In this document: piece after piece, positions 17,055 to 26,150 of the stretch
How the letters are laid out: each line of letters begins with the position of its first letter
Numbering within the stretch: the first letter of the stretch is position 1
NCBI GenBank assembly: GCA_008932965.1
Contig: WBXG01000010.1
Coordinates: forward strand, 3,898-35,897
Direction of reading: 5' to 3'
Source of the DNA: Verrucomicrobiota bacterium
Lineage (GTDB): Bacteria > Verrucomicrobiota > Verrucomicrobiia > Chthoniobacterales > UBA6821
Length of the DNA stretch: 32,000 nt
Program-made: the position numbers and the translations under genes
Notes under the pieces: model-generated
The model's input: only the letters and a program-made list of their open reading frames with translations
Told to the model about the DNA's origin: nothing
Databases searched by the model: none

Positions 17055-18062
17055 TCAATGAGCGATCTCTTTTTCAAGAACCATTGTAAAAATCAGGGGA
17101 GCTACAATGGACGCATCTGACTCAATAATATATTTCGGTGTCTTTACTCCTAATTTCCCCCAGGTAATTTTTTCATTGGGCACAGCTCCAGAATAGCTTC
17201 CATAGCTCGTTGTTGAATCACTAATCTGACAGAAATAGCCCCACAGCGGAACATGAGTACGTTCTAAATCTTGATGAAGCATCGGAACAACACAGATTGG
17301 AAAATCCCCAGCAATACCACCCCCTATTTGAAAAAAGCCCATTGAACCTTGATCATTATTAATGAGCTGAGCCTCCTGTGTATACCAGTTGGCAAGAGAG
17401 ATCATATATTCAATTCCTGTTTTTACGGTGTGAACATTTTTGACATCACCACTGATACAGTGTCCTGCATACATGTTTCCAAGCGTTGCATCTTCCCAAC
17501 CAGGAACAAACATGGGGAGATTTTTTTCTGCTGCAGCAAGCATCCAACTATGAGCTGGATCAATTTGATAACTCTTGGAGAGTGCACCACTTAAAAGGAT
17601 TTGATACATGAACTCATGGGGAAAATAACTTTTTCCAGCCTGATCTGCAGCAACCCACTTTTCAAGCACTGCTGATTCAATACGACGCATCGCTTCCATT
17701 TCTGGAATACAGGTATCCGTCACTCGATTCATATGACGCTTCAAGAGCTTTTCTTCATCCTCTGGAGTCAAGTCACGATAGTTAGGAACACGCTCATAAT
17801 AATCATGAGCAACAAGATTGAAAATATCTTCCTCTAAATTCGCTCCTGTACAACAAATCGCATGTACCTTGTCTTGACGAATCATCTCCGCTAGCGAGAG
17901 TCCAATTTCAGCAGTGCTCATCGCACCAGCTAACGTCAAAAACATTTTCCCACCCCTCTCAAGATGCTTACAATAACCATCTGCTGCATCTTTTAATGAG
18001 GCAGCATTGAAGTGACGAAAGTGGTGATTGATAAAATCGGTGATAGGTTGAGAGGTATTCAT
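17055..18062 (-). CDS. Deoxyhypusine synthase family protein (DHS-like / homospermidine-synthase-like)
   Basis: 335 aa. It resembles the DHS fold along its whole length (LTLAGAMSTAEIG, CTGANLEEDIF, GGGIAGDFPI, ITWGK). Confidence 0.85.
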   Translation of the reverse strand: MNTSQPITDFINHHFRHFNAASLKDAADGYCKHLERGGKMFLTLAGAMSTAEIGLSLAEMIRQDKVHAICCTGANLEEDIFNLVAHDYYERVPNYRDLTPEDEEKLLKRHMNRVTDTCIPEMEAMRRIESAVLEKWVAADQAGKSYFPHEFMYQILLSGALSKSYQIDPAHSWMLAAAEKNLPMFVPGWEDATLGNMYAGHCISGDVKNVHTVKTGIEYMISLANWYTQEAQLINNDQGSMGFFQIGGGIAGDFPICVVPMLHQDLERTHVPLWGYFCQISDSTTSYGSYSGAVPNEKITWGKLGVKTPKYIIESDASIVAPLIFTMVLEKEIAH

Positions 18063-18097
18063 AGAATGAGTGAATAGATAAAAAACAGAATTTTTTT

Positions 18098-19420
18098 CTA
18101 AAAGAGATGATTCTCGAGTAGTTCTTCAAGACAATGACGCAGATGGGGCTCCTCTAAACGATCGAGAACAGTTTGAAAAAACCCACGAACAATCAGTTTA
18201 GACCCCTCTTTGGGAGGAATACCACGAGCCATCATATAGAAGAGTTCCTCTTTATTGAGCTCTCCTGAGGTAGCACCATGAGTGCAGCGTACATCATCTG
18301 CAAGGATTTCAAGACCTGGCATAGAATTAGCCTCAGCATCATCACTGAGCATGAGATTTCTGACTTTTTGATAAGCATCTGTTTGATGGGCCTCCTTTTC
18401 TACTTTAATAAGTCCTGAAAAAATAGTTCGGGCATGATCGCTTAGAGCATTATGATAGAGAAGGTCACTAGTGGCATGAGGAGCAATATGATCTTGAAAA
18501 GTACGTTGATCAATCTCCTGTTCACCAACGGCAGGATTAATAGAGAGCATGATGCTTTGAGCCTCTTTTCCAAGAAGACGACTGTCACTTTCTGTACGGA
18601 CAAAATGACCTCCTAAGTGAAGTTGCAGTGATGTTGCCCTCCCCTTTTGAGAGACACTGGTGTTATTCATATGAAATGCTGTTGTCTGAGAGCTCCACTC
18701 CTGGACTGAGGCATAGTTTAAACATCCCCCCTCTGCTACAACGAGGTCGTTCATAGCACACGCCAAGGTTGGTTCTTGACGCAGTGAAACAAATCGCTCC
18801 AAAACGGAAACATGGCTATGTTCCCCAACAACAATAAGAGTATGTGGAAAAATTGCACTGTGGACACCTTCAACCCAATGCCATATTTCAATTGGCTTAT
18901 TGAGAACAACTCCTGGAGGCAGATATAGAAAGGCTCCCGTACGTAATTGCGCTTGATGCAGCATCGCAAATTTTTGTGATCCAAGCCGTGCTTCATACTG
19001 CATGAAGTACTGGCGGAAGAGCTCTTCATGCTTTGCAAGAGCCTCTTCTATCGAAATACAAAGAACTTCTTGAGGTAGATCCTCTACTTCAAGATGAAGT
19101 AGCTGGTCATTAGCAAAAACAAATTTTGCAGCCACATCGTTCATTCCTTGTGAACGGCGTAGAATTTCTGCTACCTCTGAGGTCTTACTGGCCTCCACAA
19201 ACTTTTCCAAGGAGGCTTTTTTAAGATTGGCAAAACGCCACATTTCATCACTACGTGAGGGTTGAGGAAGTTTTAAAAAAGAGTTCCAAGCTTGAGCTTG
19301 TAATTCTTGAAACCATTTCGATTTGCTAACAGATCCATGGAAGTTGAAGTTCGAAGTTGAGGTAGGCATTAACGCACGAGAGATTAAAATAAATATTGAA
19401 TCCAAAAATACGACTAACAA
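18098..19420 (-). CDS. sufD: Fe-S cluster assembly protein SufD
   Basis: It lies directly after sufB and has a beta-helix core with the typical C-terminal motifs (DDVRCTHGATSGELNKEELFYMMARGI). The start is ambiguous. A TTG at 19420 has AGGAG 8 nt upstream, and an ATG at 19369 would remove an odd hydrophobic leader. Confidence 0.85.
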   Translation of the reverse strand: MLVVFLDSIFILISRALMPTSTSNFNFHGSVSKSKWFQELQAQAWNSFLKLPQPSRSDEMWRFANLKKASLEKFVEASKTSEVAEILRRSQGMNDVAAKFVFANDQLLHLEVEDLPQEVLCISIEEALAKHEELFRQYFMQYEARLGSQKFAMLHQAQLRTGAFLYLPPGVVLNKPIEIWHWVEGVHSAIFPHTLIVVGEHSHVSVLERFVSLRQEPTLACAMNDLVVAEGGCLNYASVQEWSSQTTAFHMNNTSVSQKGRATSLQLHLGGHFVRTESDSRLLGKEAQSIMLSINPAVGEQEIDQRTFQDHIAPHATSDLLYHNALSDHARTIFSGLIKVEKEAHQTDAYQKVRNLMLSDDAEANSMPGLEILADDVRCTHGATSGELNKEELFYMMARGIPPKEGSKLIVRGFFQTVLDRLEEPHLRHCLEELLENHLF

Positions 19421-19431
19421 AAAAAGATCTC

Positions 19432-20844
19432 CTATCCAACCGATCCCTCCATTTCAAGGTCGATGAGACGTTTGAGCTCTACAGAGTATTCCATCGGAAA
19501 TTGCTGCACAAGGTCATTGACGAATCCATTGACTGCAAGGCTCATTGCAGCTGCTTCACTCAATCCACGCTGCTGCATATAAAAAATCTGTTCTGCATTA
19601 ATTTGACTAACACTCGCCTCATGCTGAACCGAATGTCCCTGACCACGTACAGTAATCGCAGGGTAGGTATCGGTGCGACTCTGGGCATTAATTAAAAGGG
19701 CATCACACTCCGTATTATTCTTACATTTTTTAAGATGTTTAGGAATATGAACCATCCCACGATAGGTAGAGCGACCGCTACCAAGACTAATTGATTTTGA
19801 AATAATATTACTTGTGGTTTCATCTGCAGCATGAACCATCTTTGCTCCTGTATCCTGGTGCTGTCCATCTCCAGCTAGAGCAATTGAGACTACTTCTCCT
19901 CGAGCACGCCGCCCTTTCATGATGACTCCAGGATATTTCATGGTAAGGCGTGATCCAATATTACAATCAATCCATTTGATCTCAGCATCTTCATGGGCCA
20001 ACCCACGCTTGGTCACAAGATTAAAGACATTAGAGCTCCAATTTTGAACTGTGATATATTGGATCTTTGCTCCCTTCAGAGCGACCAATTCAACAACAGC
20101 ACTATGAAGCGTTGCTGTTTCAAATTTAGGTGCCGTGCATCCCTCCATGTAGGTTACTTCCGCTCCCTCATCAGCAATGATAAGGGTACGCTCGAATTGA
20201 CCAAAATTTTGTGCATTAATTCGGAAGTAGGCCTGAAGTGGATGTGAGACCTTTACCCCAGGTGGCACATAAATAAAACTTCCTCCACTAAAAGCAGCAC
20301 TATTGAGCGCACTGAATTTGTTATCTCCCGTTGGTATCACTTTTCCAAACCACTTTTTAAAAATCTCAGGATGATCTTTCAACCCCTCTGCGCTACCTAC
20401 AAAAATAACACCTTGTTCTCCAACTGCTGCCTTGATGTTGGAATAGGCCGCCTCACTATCAAATTGTGCTTCGACTCCTGCAAGAAATTTTCGTTCTTGT
20501 TCTGGAATGCCAAGACGTTCGAACGTTCTCTTCACATCCTCAGGAACCTCTTCCCATGTGCGCTTGGGCGCTTGTCCTTGGGAAAGGTAATAACGAATAT
20601 TTTCAAATACGATATTCTCTAAATCTTTTGTTGCCCAGTGTGTGGGCATGGGCATTGCAAGAAACTTACGATAAGCTTCCTTACGAAAGGCACGTACCCA
20701 CTGGGGATCTTTTTTGACATCACAAATGTAGTCGATAGTCGCCTCGCTAAGCCCCACACCGGCATCGTAGGCATAATCAATGTCATAACGAAAATCCCCA
20801 ACGGAACGATCTGCCTCTATTTGAGATTGGATATCAGTTTTCAT
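19432..20844 (-). CDS. sufB: Fe-S cluster assembly scaffold SufB
   Basis: 470 aa and highly conserved throughout ([54 protein letters not shown]). Confidence 0.95.
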   Translation of the reverse strand: MKTDIQSQIEADRSVGDFRYDIDYAYDAGVGLSEATIDYICDVKKDPQWVRAFRKEAYRKFLAMPMPTHWATKDLENIVFENIRYYLSQGQAPKRTWEEVPEDVKRTFERLGIPEQERKFLAGVEAQFDSEAAYSNIKAAVGEQGVIFVGSAEGLKDHPEIFKKWFGKVIPTGDNKFSALNSAAFSGGSFIYVPPGVKVSHPLQAYFRINAQNFGQFERTLIIADEGAEVTYMEGCTAPKFETATLHSAVVELVALKGAKIQYITVQNWSSNVFNLVTKRGLAHEDAEIKWIDCNIGSRLTMKYPGVIMKGRRARGEVVSIALAGDGQHQDTGAKMVHAADETTSNIISKSISLGSGRSTYRGMVHIPKHLKKCKNNTECDALLINAQSRTDTYPAITVRGQGHSVQHEASVSQINAEQIFYMQQRGLSEAAAMSLAVNGFVNDLVQQFPMEYSVELKRLIDLEMEGSVG

Positions 20845-21071
20845 AAATAATAACTTTTTTTTTCGAGTTCGTAGATTAACTAGGAACTTACATCATACAA
20901 CTTTCATTATAAACCCATTCTCCTTTTTTGGGAATGTTTTGAACTATTTTTCAAAGAATGCTGAAAGAAGCTGGATCAAGGAATACTCAAGATTCTCACG
21001 TAGCAAAGATTTTCTTAGAACAACCCTTGCTAGGAGAGGCAAGGACTTGCATCGAGCAACACAAAGATAAT

Positions 21072-21815
21072 TTAAGATGCAGTGACCCAGTCATAGCCCT
21101 CAGATTCTAGTTTGAGTGCAAGATCTTTTTCTCCACTTAAAACAATTTGTCCCTCTGCCATAACGTGGACTTTATCAGGGACAATATAATCAAGCAGACG
21201 CTGATAGTGCGTAATGACAAGCATTCCAACCTCTGGTCCGCGCAGGGAATTAACTCCTGAGGAGACTATTTTGAGTGCATCGATGTCAAGACCACTATCT
21301 GTCTCATCAAGCACCGCATATTTTGGCTGAAGCATGGCCATCTGTAAAATTTCACAACGTTTTTTTTCACCGCCAGAAAAACCTTCATTAACCGAGCGCG
21401 AGGTAAAGGAGCGTGGGATGCTTAACGCATCCATCTTGGAATAGATCTCAGCATAGTAATCGGTGGCTTCTAATTCCTCTCCCTGAGGAAGACGAGACTG
21501 TACCGCTGCTCGAATAAAATTTGCAATCGTAACACCTGGAATTTCCATCGGGTATTGAAATGCTAAAAACAATCCCAAACGAGCCCGCTGATCAGGTTCC
21601 ATACCTAAGATACTCTCCCCATCAAGAAGCACATCCCCTGAATTCACTGTATAATCAGGATGCCCTGCCATGACTTTTGCTAAGGTGCTTTTACCAGAAC
21701 CATTTTTTCCCATAATGGCATGAACCTGGCCTTTGGGAATCTCCAGGGTGAGACCGCGAAGAATCGGCTTGTCACCGATAGAGGCATGAAGATTGCAAAT
21801 AGAGAGTGTGCTCAT
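21072..21815 (-). CDS. sufC: Fe-S cluster assembly ATPase SufC
   Basis: It has Walker [10 protein letters not shown], the signature FSGGEKKR and Walker [12 protein letters not shown]. The ATG at 21815 ([10 protein letters not shown]) fits SufC N-termini, and the track ORF extends to a TTG at 21866. Confidence 0.9.
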   Translation of the reverse strand: MSTLSICNLHASIGDKPILRGLTLEIPKGQVHAIMGKNGSGKSTLAKVMAGHPDYTVNSGDVLLDGESILGMEPDQRARLGLFLAFQYPMEIPGVTIANFIRAAVQSRLPQGEELEATDYYAEIYSKMDALSIPRSFTSRSVNEGFSGGEKKRCEILQMAMLQPKYAVLDETDSGLDIDALKIVSSGVNSLRGPEVGMLVITHYQRLLDYIVPDKVHVMAEGQIVLSGEKDLALKLESEGYDWVTAS

Positions 21816-21943
21816 GAAGTGTAAAAATGTAATCTGCTTTGATCCATTATCAAGAATTTTAACCAAAGAACCTGATCCTTACTTCATGTAGCATGAGCTA
21901 TTAGTAATGACTTCAGTGATGCCAAAACCTAGGGAACCGTACC

Positions 21944-23971
21944 CTAAATCCTCTGAGCTATATCCTCTCTAAGCCAGTTCCAACGGTCTTCTAGCTCTTT
22001 TTTTAGCATTTTTTTAATATCCACAAGATCCTTGATAGAGAATTTTTCAGACTCAGGTTTTTGTGAAGCAAAGAGATAAAATTTAATTTTTGGTTCTGTT
22101 CCTGAAGGACGAACCACCACTCGATTATCTCCCTGAAGTTTAAAAATCAACATCGACTCTTGTGGCAAAACTTCCCCTTCACTATCAACAATTATTTCCG
22201 TGGAATAATTTTGAAATGCAGTCACCGGCTCTCCATGAATAGAAGTAAAAGGATGTTGAATATAAGAATGAATGAGAGATTGCATTTTAAGAGATCCCTG
22301 AGCCCCTTCAAAAGCTAATGACTCTCCACATTCATGGTAGTACCCATAGTCACAATAAATTTGATCAAGGAGCTCCAAGAGGCTTGTTTGCTTGCTTGCC
22401 GCATAGGCAGCAGCTTCACAAAAACCGAGAGCTGCTGCATTAGCATCTTTATCACGCACAAAATCACCCAAGCTATAACCATAACTCTCTTCCCCTCCAA
22501 AAACAAAGTAACTGGATCCTTCAAGTCGTGCCTCTCGGGATTCCTCTGCACTTAGGATACGATATTTTTTTTGAAACTCTTGAGAAAGTTGATGCTCATA
22601 GTGTGTTAATTTTGCTCCGATATATTTAAAACCAGTAAGTGTTTCTACACAGCGAACTCCAAATTTCTCAGCAATCGCTTTTTGAAGATCCGTTGTCACA
22701 ATACTCTTAATGAGGAGAGCATTTTTTTTATTTTTTTTATTGAGGAGACCTTGTTCAAAAAGAGTCTTCAAACGATACCACGCCATCAGTGATCCAATCT
22801 GATTTCCCGTAAGCAACTCTAAGGAGCCTGATCCATTACGAACAGCCACTCCCATTCGATCTGCATCAGGATCTGTAGCAATAACAAGGTCCGCTTTTTC
22901 TTGTTCTGCCAGAGCTATCCCTAAGGTGAGTGCCTCCGAATTTTCGGGATTAGGTGATTTTACTGTAGAGAAAAATCCATCAGGCAGCATCTGCGAGGCA
23001 ACAGGCAAGCATTCCACACCAACACTCCTAAGAAGTGGTACAATAATGGATCCACCCACACCATGAAGAGGGGTATAGACAACCTTTAATTTTTTTTCAA
23101 ATAAGGAGGGCTGCAAAACAAGACTCTTCAATCTCTTTTTGTAAGATCTATCCAAAGCCTCCCCCAAAAAGATAATTTTGCCACATTGCCAAGGAGGAAG
23201 TGGAGTGTACTGTTCACCTTCCATTTGATCAACCAAAGCAATGATTGCGGAGGCATGGGGTTCAATCACCTGTCCTCCATCCTCAAAGTAGACTTTATAA
23301 CCATTGTAGGCAGGAGGATTATGGCTTGCTGTAATATTGATTCCTGCTGTAGCAGCACATTCTCGAACAGCAAAAGAGAGTTCTGGTGTGGAACGAGGTG
23401 CCTGAAAAATTAATGCATCACACCCATGTTCTGAAATCACTTTTGCTGCTAACTCTGCAAATTCTCTTGAAAAAAATCGAGTGTCATAGCTAATGCAGAT
23501 TTTAGGATTTCTAGAATGATTCTTTTGTTGGTGCCATTGGAGTACATAAGTAACGAGACCACGCGTCGCTCTAATAATATTATAATTATTAACAGCATTT
23601 GTGCCGATACATGAAAATTGAGGACGTCCATCGGGCCGCTTTATACCTGCCTCTGCAGAGGTCACAATATCCCCTATTGTCTTTCCTCTTAACCCACCCG
23701 TCCCAAAGGCAAGGGTGCGAAAAAAACGATCATTAAGCTCAGCCCACGCTTTTTGATCCAACAATTCCGTGATCACACGCCTGGGGAATGAGGAGGAGGC
23801 TTGTTTTAAGAGCTGCTTCATATTCTGAGCAGAACTCTCAAGTAGATCTCCTGCTTGCGCTGCCTTCGAAATTGCACTCATGAGCTCTCCTTGCAATTTG
23901 AGTTCCTCAAAAGAAAGGTGCTCCTCCTTTTCAGGAAAAGGAGAATCAGGGTTATTAGATTGTTGATTCAT
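21944..23971 (-). CDS. Alpha-D-phosphohexomutase (phosphoglucomutase/phosphomannomutase family)
   Basis: 675 aa. It has the active-site loop TASHNPPAYNGYKVY, metal loop ATDPDADR, sugar loop GGEESYG, and phosphate-binding RPSGTEPKIKFY. Confidence 0.9.
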   Translation of the reverse strand: MNQQSNNPDSPFPEKEEHLSFEELKLQGELMSAISKAAQAGDLLESSAQNMKQLLKQASSSFPRRVITELLDQKAWAELNDRFFRTLAFGTGGLRGKTIGDIVTSAEAGIKRPDGRPQFSCIGTNAVNNYNIIRATRGLVTYVLQWHQQKNHSRNPKICISYDTRFFSREFAELAAKVISEHGCDALIFQAPRSTPELSFAVRECAATAGINITASHNPPAYNGYKVYFEDGGQVIEPHASAIIALVDQMEGEQYTPLPPWQCGKIIFLGEALDRSYKKRLKSLVLQPSLFEKKLKVVYTPLHGVGGSIIVPLLRSVGVECLPVASQMLPDGFFSTVKSPNPENSEALTLGIALAEQEKADLVIATDPDADRMGVAVRNGSGSLELLTGNQIGSLMAWYRLKTLFEQGLLNKKNKKNALLIKSIVTTDLQKAIAEKFGVRCVETLTGFKYIGAKLTHYEHQLSQEFQKKYRILSAEESREARLEGSSYFVFGGEESYGYSLGDFVRDKDANAAALGFCEAAAYAASKQTSLLELLDQIYCDYGYYHECGESLAFEGAQGSLKMQSLIHSYIQHPFTSIHGEPVTAFQNYSTEIIVDSEGEVLPQESMLIFKLQGDNRVVVRPSGTEPKIKFYLFASQKPESEKFSIKDLVDIKKMLKKELEDRWNWLREDIAQRI

Positions 23972-24048
23972 AAAAAAAAGTGATCATGACGGTCAAAGAT
24001 GGATTTTATAAAATAGCCAAGAACTAACAATTGAAAACTACGGGCTAG

Positions 24049-24314
24049 TCCGCATATTTCATACTGGTTCGTTGCGAGGCGCAGCAAATCCTGATACAGA
24101 CACCACCGGCGGTCGGGAGACCGCGGTGGAGACTGCCCTGGCTTTAAGGGGGCAGCCTTGAAAGGGCGAGACGAACGGGAGCAAGCGAGTCAATGAAGGT
24201 AACGGATTGCGACGACGGCTGTATATTTCATACTGCCCAAGGAGCAATTCGAGGCTGACGCAGTATCCATCAGGTGTTCGCAAGCCGCAGCAGAATCGGT
24301 ATGAAATATGCAGG
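24049..24314 (+). mobile_element. MITE-like palindromic element, long form (copy B), intergenic
   Basis: 266 bp flanked by a direct CTAG at 24045-24048 and 24315-24318. The termini are tccgcATATTTCATACTG ... GTATGAAATATgcagg. An internal third TIR-like motif (TATATTTCATACTG) lies at 24222-24235. A hand count gives about 55% GC. Confidence 0.85.
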
Positions 24315-24854
24315 CTAGAGCCGTGATAAAGATTTTTGGATGATCTCCACCTCGGTGCCTTGACCAACACTCTCATCAAGACGAATTGCATCAGAAGAAC
24401 TAATACGAATACAACCATAACTCTTAGGATGTCCGAGCGATCGCTCCTCTGGAGTACCATGAATGTAGATACAACGTTTATATGCATTTCTGTTACAACT
24501 CTCTTTTCCCTTGAGCCAAAAAATACGTGTCACAATTGGGTCCCGACCGAATGCATTGGGTAATAAAATTTCCCCTGTTGGCTTTGTATCCTTAAAAACC
24601 ATTCCAGAAGGGGCACCCGATCCGATTTTTTGACAAAGTGTAAAATGCCCCAGGGGAGTTTTATAGCTTCCCATAGTATCTCCTGTTCCATACTTAGAGG
24701 TAGAGACAGGATAGGAGGCCATGGGACGTCCATCTTCATAAACAATCATCTTCTGCTCTACTGTGCTAACAACTATTTTATGGTGTCGATCACCAGCGCA
24801 GCCAGTAAGTAGCAGCAATGAGATAAAACATAAAAACCGCAGTAAAAAAAACAT
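24315..24854 (-). CDS. L,D-transpeptidase (YkuD domain) lipoprotein
   Basis: It has a lipobox LLLTGCAG and the catalytic motif IHGTPEERSLGHPKSYGCIRISSSDA. Its stop codon lies inside the CTAG duplication of element copy B. Confidence 0.85.
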   Translation of the reverse strand: MFFLLRFLCFISLLLLTGCAGDRHHKIVVSTVEQKMIVYEDGRPMASYPVSTSKYGTGDTMGSYKTPLGHFTLCQKIGSGAPSGMVFKDTKPTGEILLPNAFGRDPIVTRIFWLKGKESCNRNAYKRCIYIHGTPEERSLGHPKSYGCIRISSSDAIRLDESVGQGTEVEIIQKSLSRL

Positions 24855-24982
24855 TCTTTCAGATAAGCCCCTTTCTCAAGGAAATCAAAATAAAATTGCT
24901 CCTCCACCATGATTAAGAGAGTGTGTTCATTTGTATTAATACAATCATTCCGTTTCCTTTCTAACCACCGTACAGAATCAAA

Positions 24983-25972
24983 ATGAAAAAAGTGAAAAGC
25001 GCTTTTATCCTAGCAGCTGGTAAAGGAACACGTTTGCGCCCACTTACTGAAAAAATACCTAAGCCCCTTCTGCCGGTTTTTCACAAGCCACTGATGACAT
25101 TTGCACTCGATCATTGTATCGCCCTTGATATTGAAAATATCTCTATAAACACATGTCACCTCTATGAGGCTTTCTATGATGCTTTTCAAGTCCAAGAGGT
25201 ACAAGCTAGTTTTGGCCTAGGTCATTATGAGGGCAGAACACTTACCCTTTTTCATGAAAATCCGATCCTAGAAACTGGGGGCGCTCTGCGTAATGCTCGT
25301 TCCGTTTTGGAACAAGGAACTTTTCTCGTGCATAATGGTGATATTTTAACCGATGCCCCCCTTCAAGATCTCATCGATCATCACATTCAATCAAAGTCTA
25401 TGGTAACGCTACTCCTACGCCATGAGGGAGCTGCCAAAAATGTTGCTTATAATGTCAGCAGTGGCGAAATAGAAGGATTTAGTGGCACTTGGAATTCTCT
25501 ACCGTCTCTTGCCACAAAAAACTCTCTTCCTATGGTCTATACAGGCATTGCAGTAATGGAGCCTTCCTTCCTAGATTGGATTCCGATTGAAGGTCCATCA
25601 TCGATGATACCTGCTTTCACAAAAGCTATTGAGCACAAGCAAAAAGTTGGAGGTTTTCTTCTCCCTCACAATTATTTTTGGAGTGATCTTGGAACACCAG
25701 CATCTTACCTCCAAACCCATCTTCATATCGCTCAAAACAATTGGAGACCTCCTTACAAGCTAGGTAAAAAGCACCTTTCATGGCCACAAGCTATTCATCC
25801 TTCAGCCACCATTGACTCTTCTGCCAAACTCGATGGAATGGTAGTTGTAGGAGCTCATACCCATATTGCACCAGGTGCACACTTGAAAAACTGCGTCATC
25901 CTTCCAAGAACAATCATCACCCAGGATGCTCATTTCTCAGAAATGATTCTTAGCCCGGATATTTCCTACTGA
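24983..25972 (+). CDS. Sugar-phosphate nucleotidyltransferase (NTP_transferase family) with a C-terminal left-handed-helix-like tail
   Basis: It has the N-terminal motif LAAGKGTRLRPLT, and hexapeptide-like repeats near the C-terminus. The last codons, PDISY-stop, are supplied by the TIR of element copy D. Confidence 0.75.
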   Translation: MKKVKSAFILAAGKGTRLRPLTEKIPKPLLPVFHKPLMTFALDHCIALDIENISINTCHLYEAFYDAFQVQEVQASFGLGHYEGRTLTLFHENPILETGGALRNARSVLEQGTFLVHNGDILTDAPLQDLIDHHIQSKSMVTLLLRHEGAAKNVAYNVSSGEIEGFSGTWNSLPSLATKNSLPMVYTGIAVMEPSFLDWIPIEGPSSMIPAFTKAIEHKQKVGGFLLPHNYFWSDLGTPASYLQTHLHIAQNNWRPPYKLGKKHLSWPQAIHPSATIDSSAKLDGMVVVGAHTHIAPGAHLKNCVILPRTIITQDAHFSEMILSPDISY

Positions 25973-26130
25973 TCGTGACGAGGAGGCCGCGAAGGCTGAT
26001 GGGGTAAGGCAGGCGAGCATTTTGATGCAGGGCTGTATGTGTACATACTGCCCAAATCAAAATGGGAGTCTAACGCAGCATCCATCCTTGCTTCCCGTCC
26101 TCCGCAGTAGATTAGTATGAAATATCCGGG
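25954..26130 (+). mobile_element. MITE-like element, short form (copy D), between convergent genes
   Basis: 177 bp. The left TIR is CCCGGATATTTCCTACTGAT and the right TIR is ATTAGTATGAAATATCCGGG. The flanks are TTAG (left) and TTAA (right). There is an internal perfect 9-bp stem CATTTTGAT (26018-26026) / ATCAAAATG (26056-26064). Confidence 0.85.
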
Positions 26131-26150
26131 TTAAATAAGAAACATTCGCT

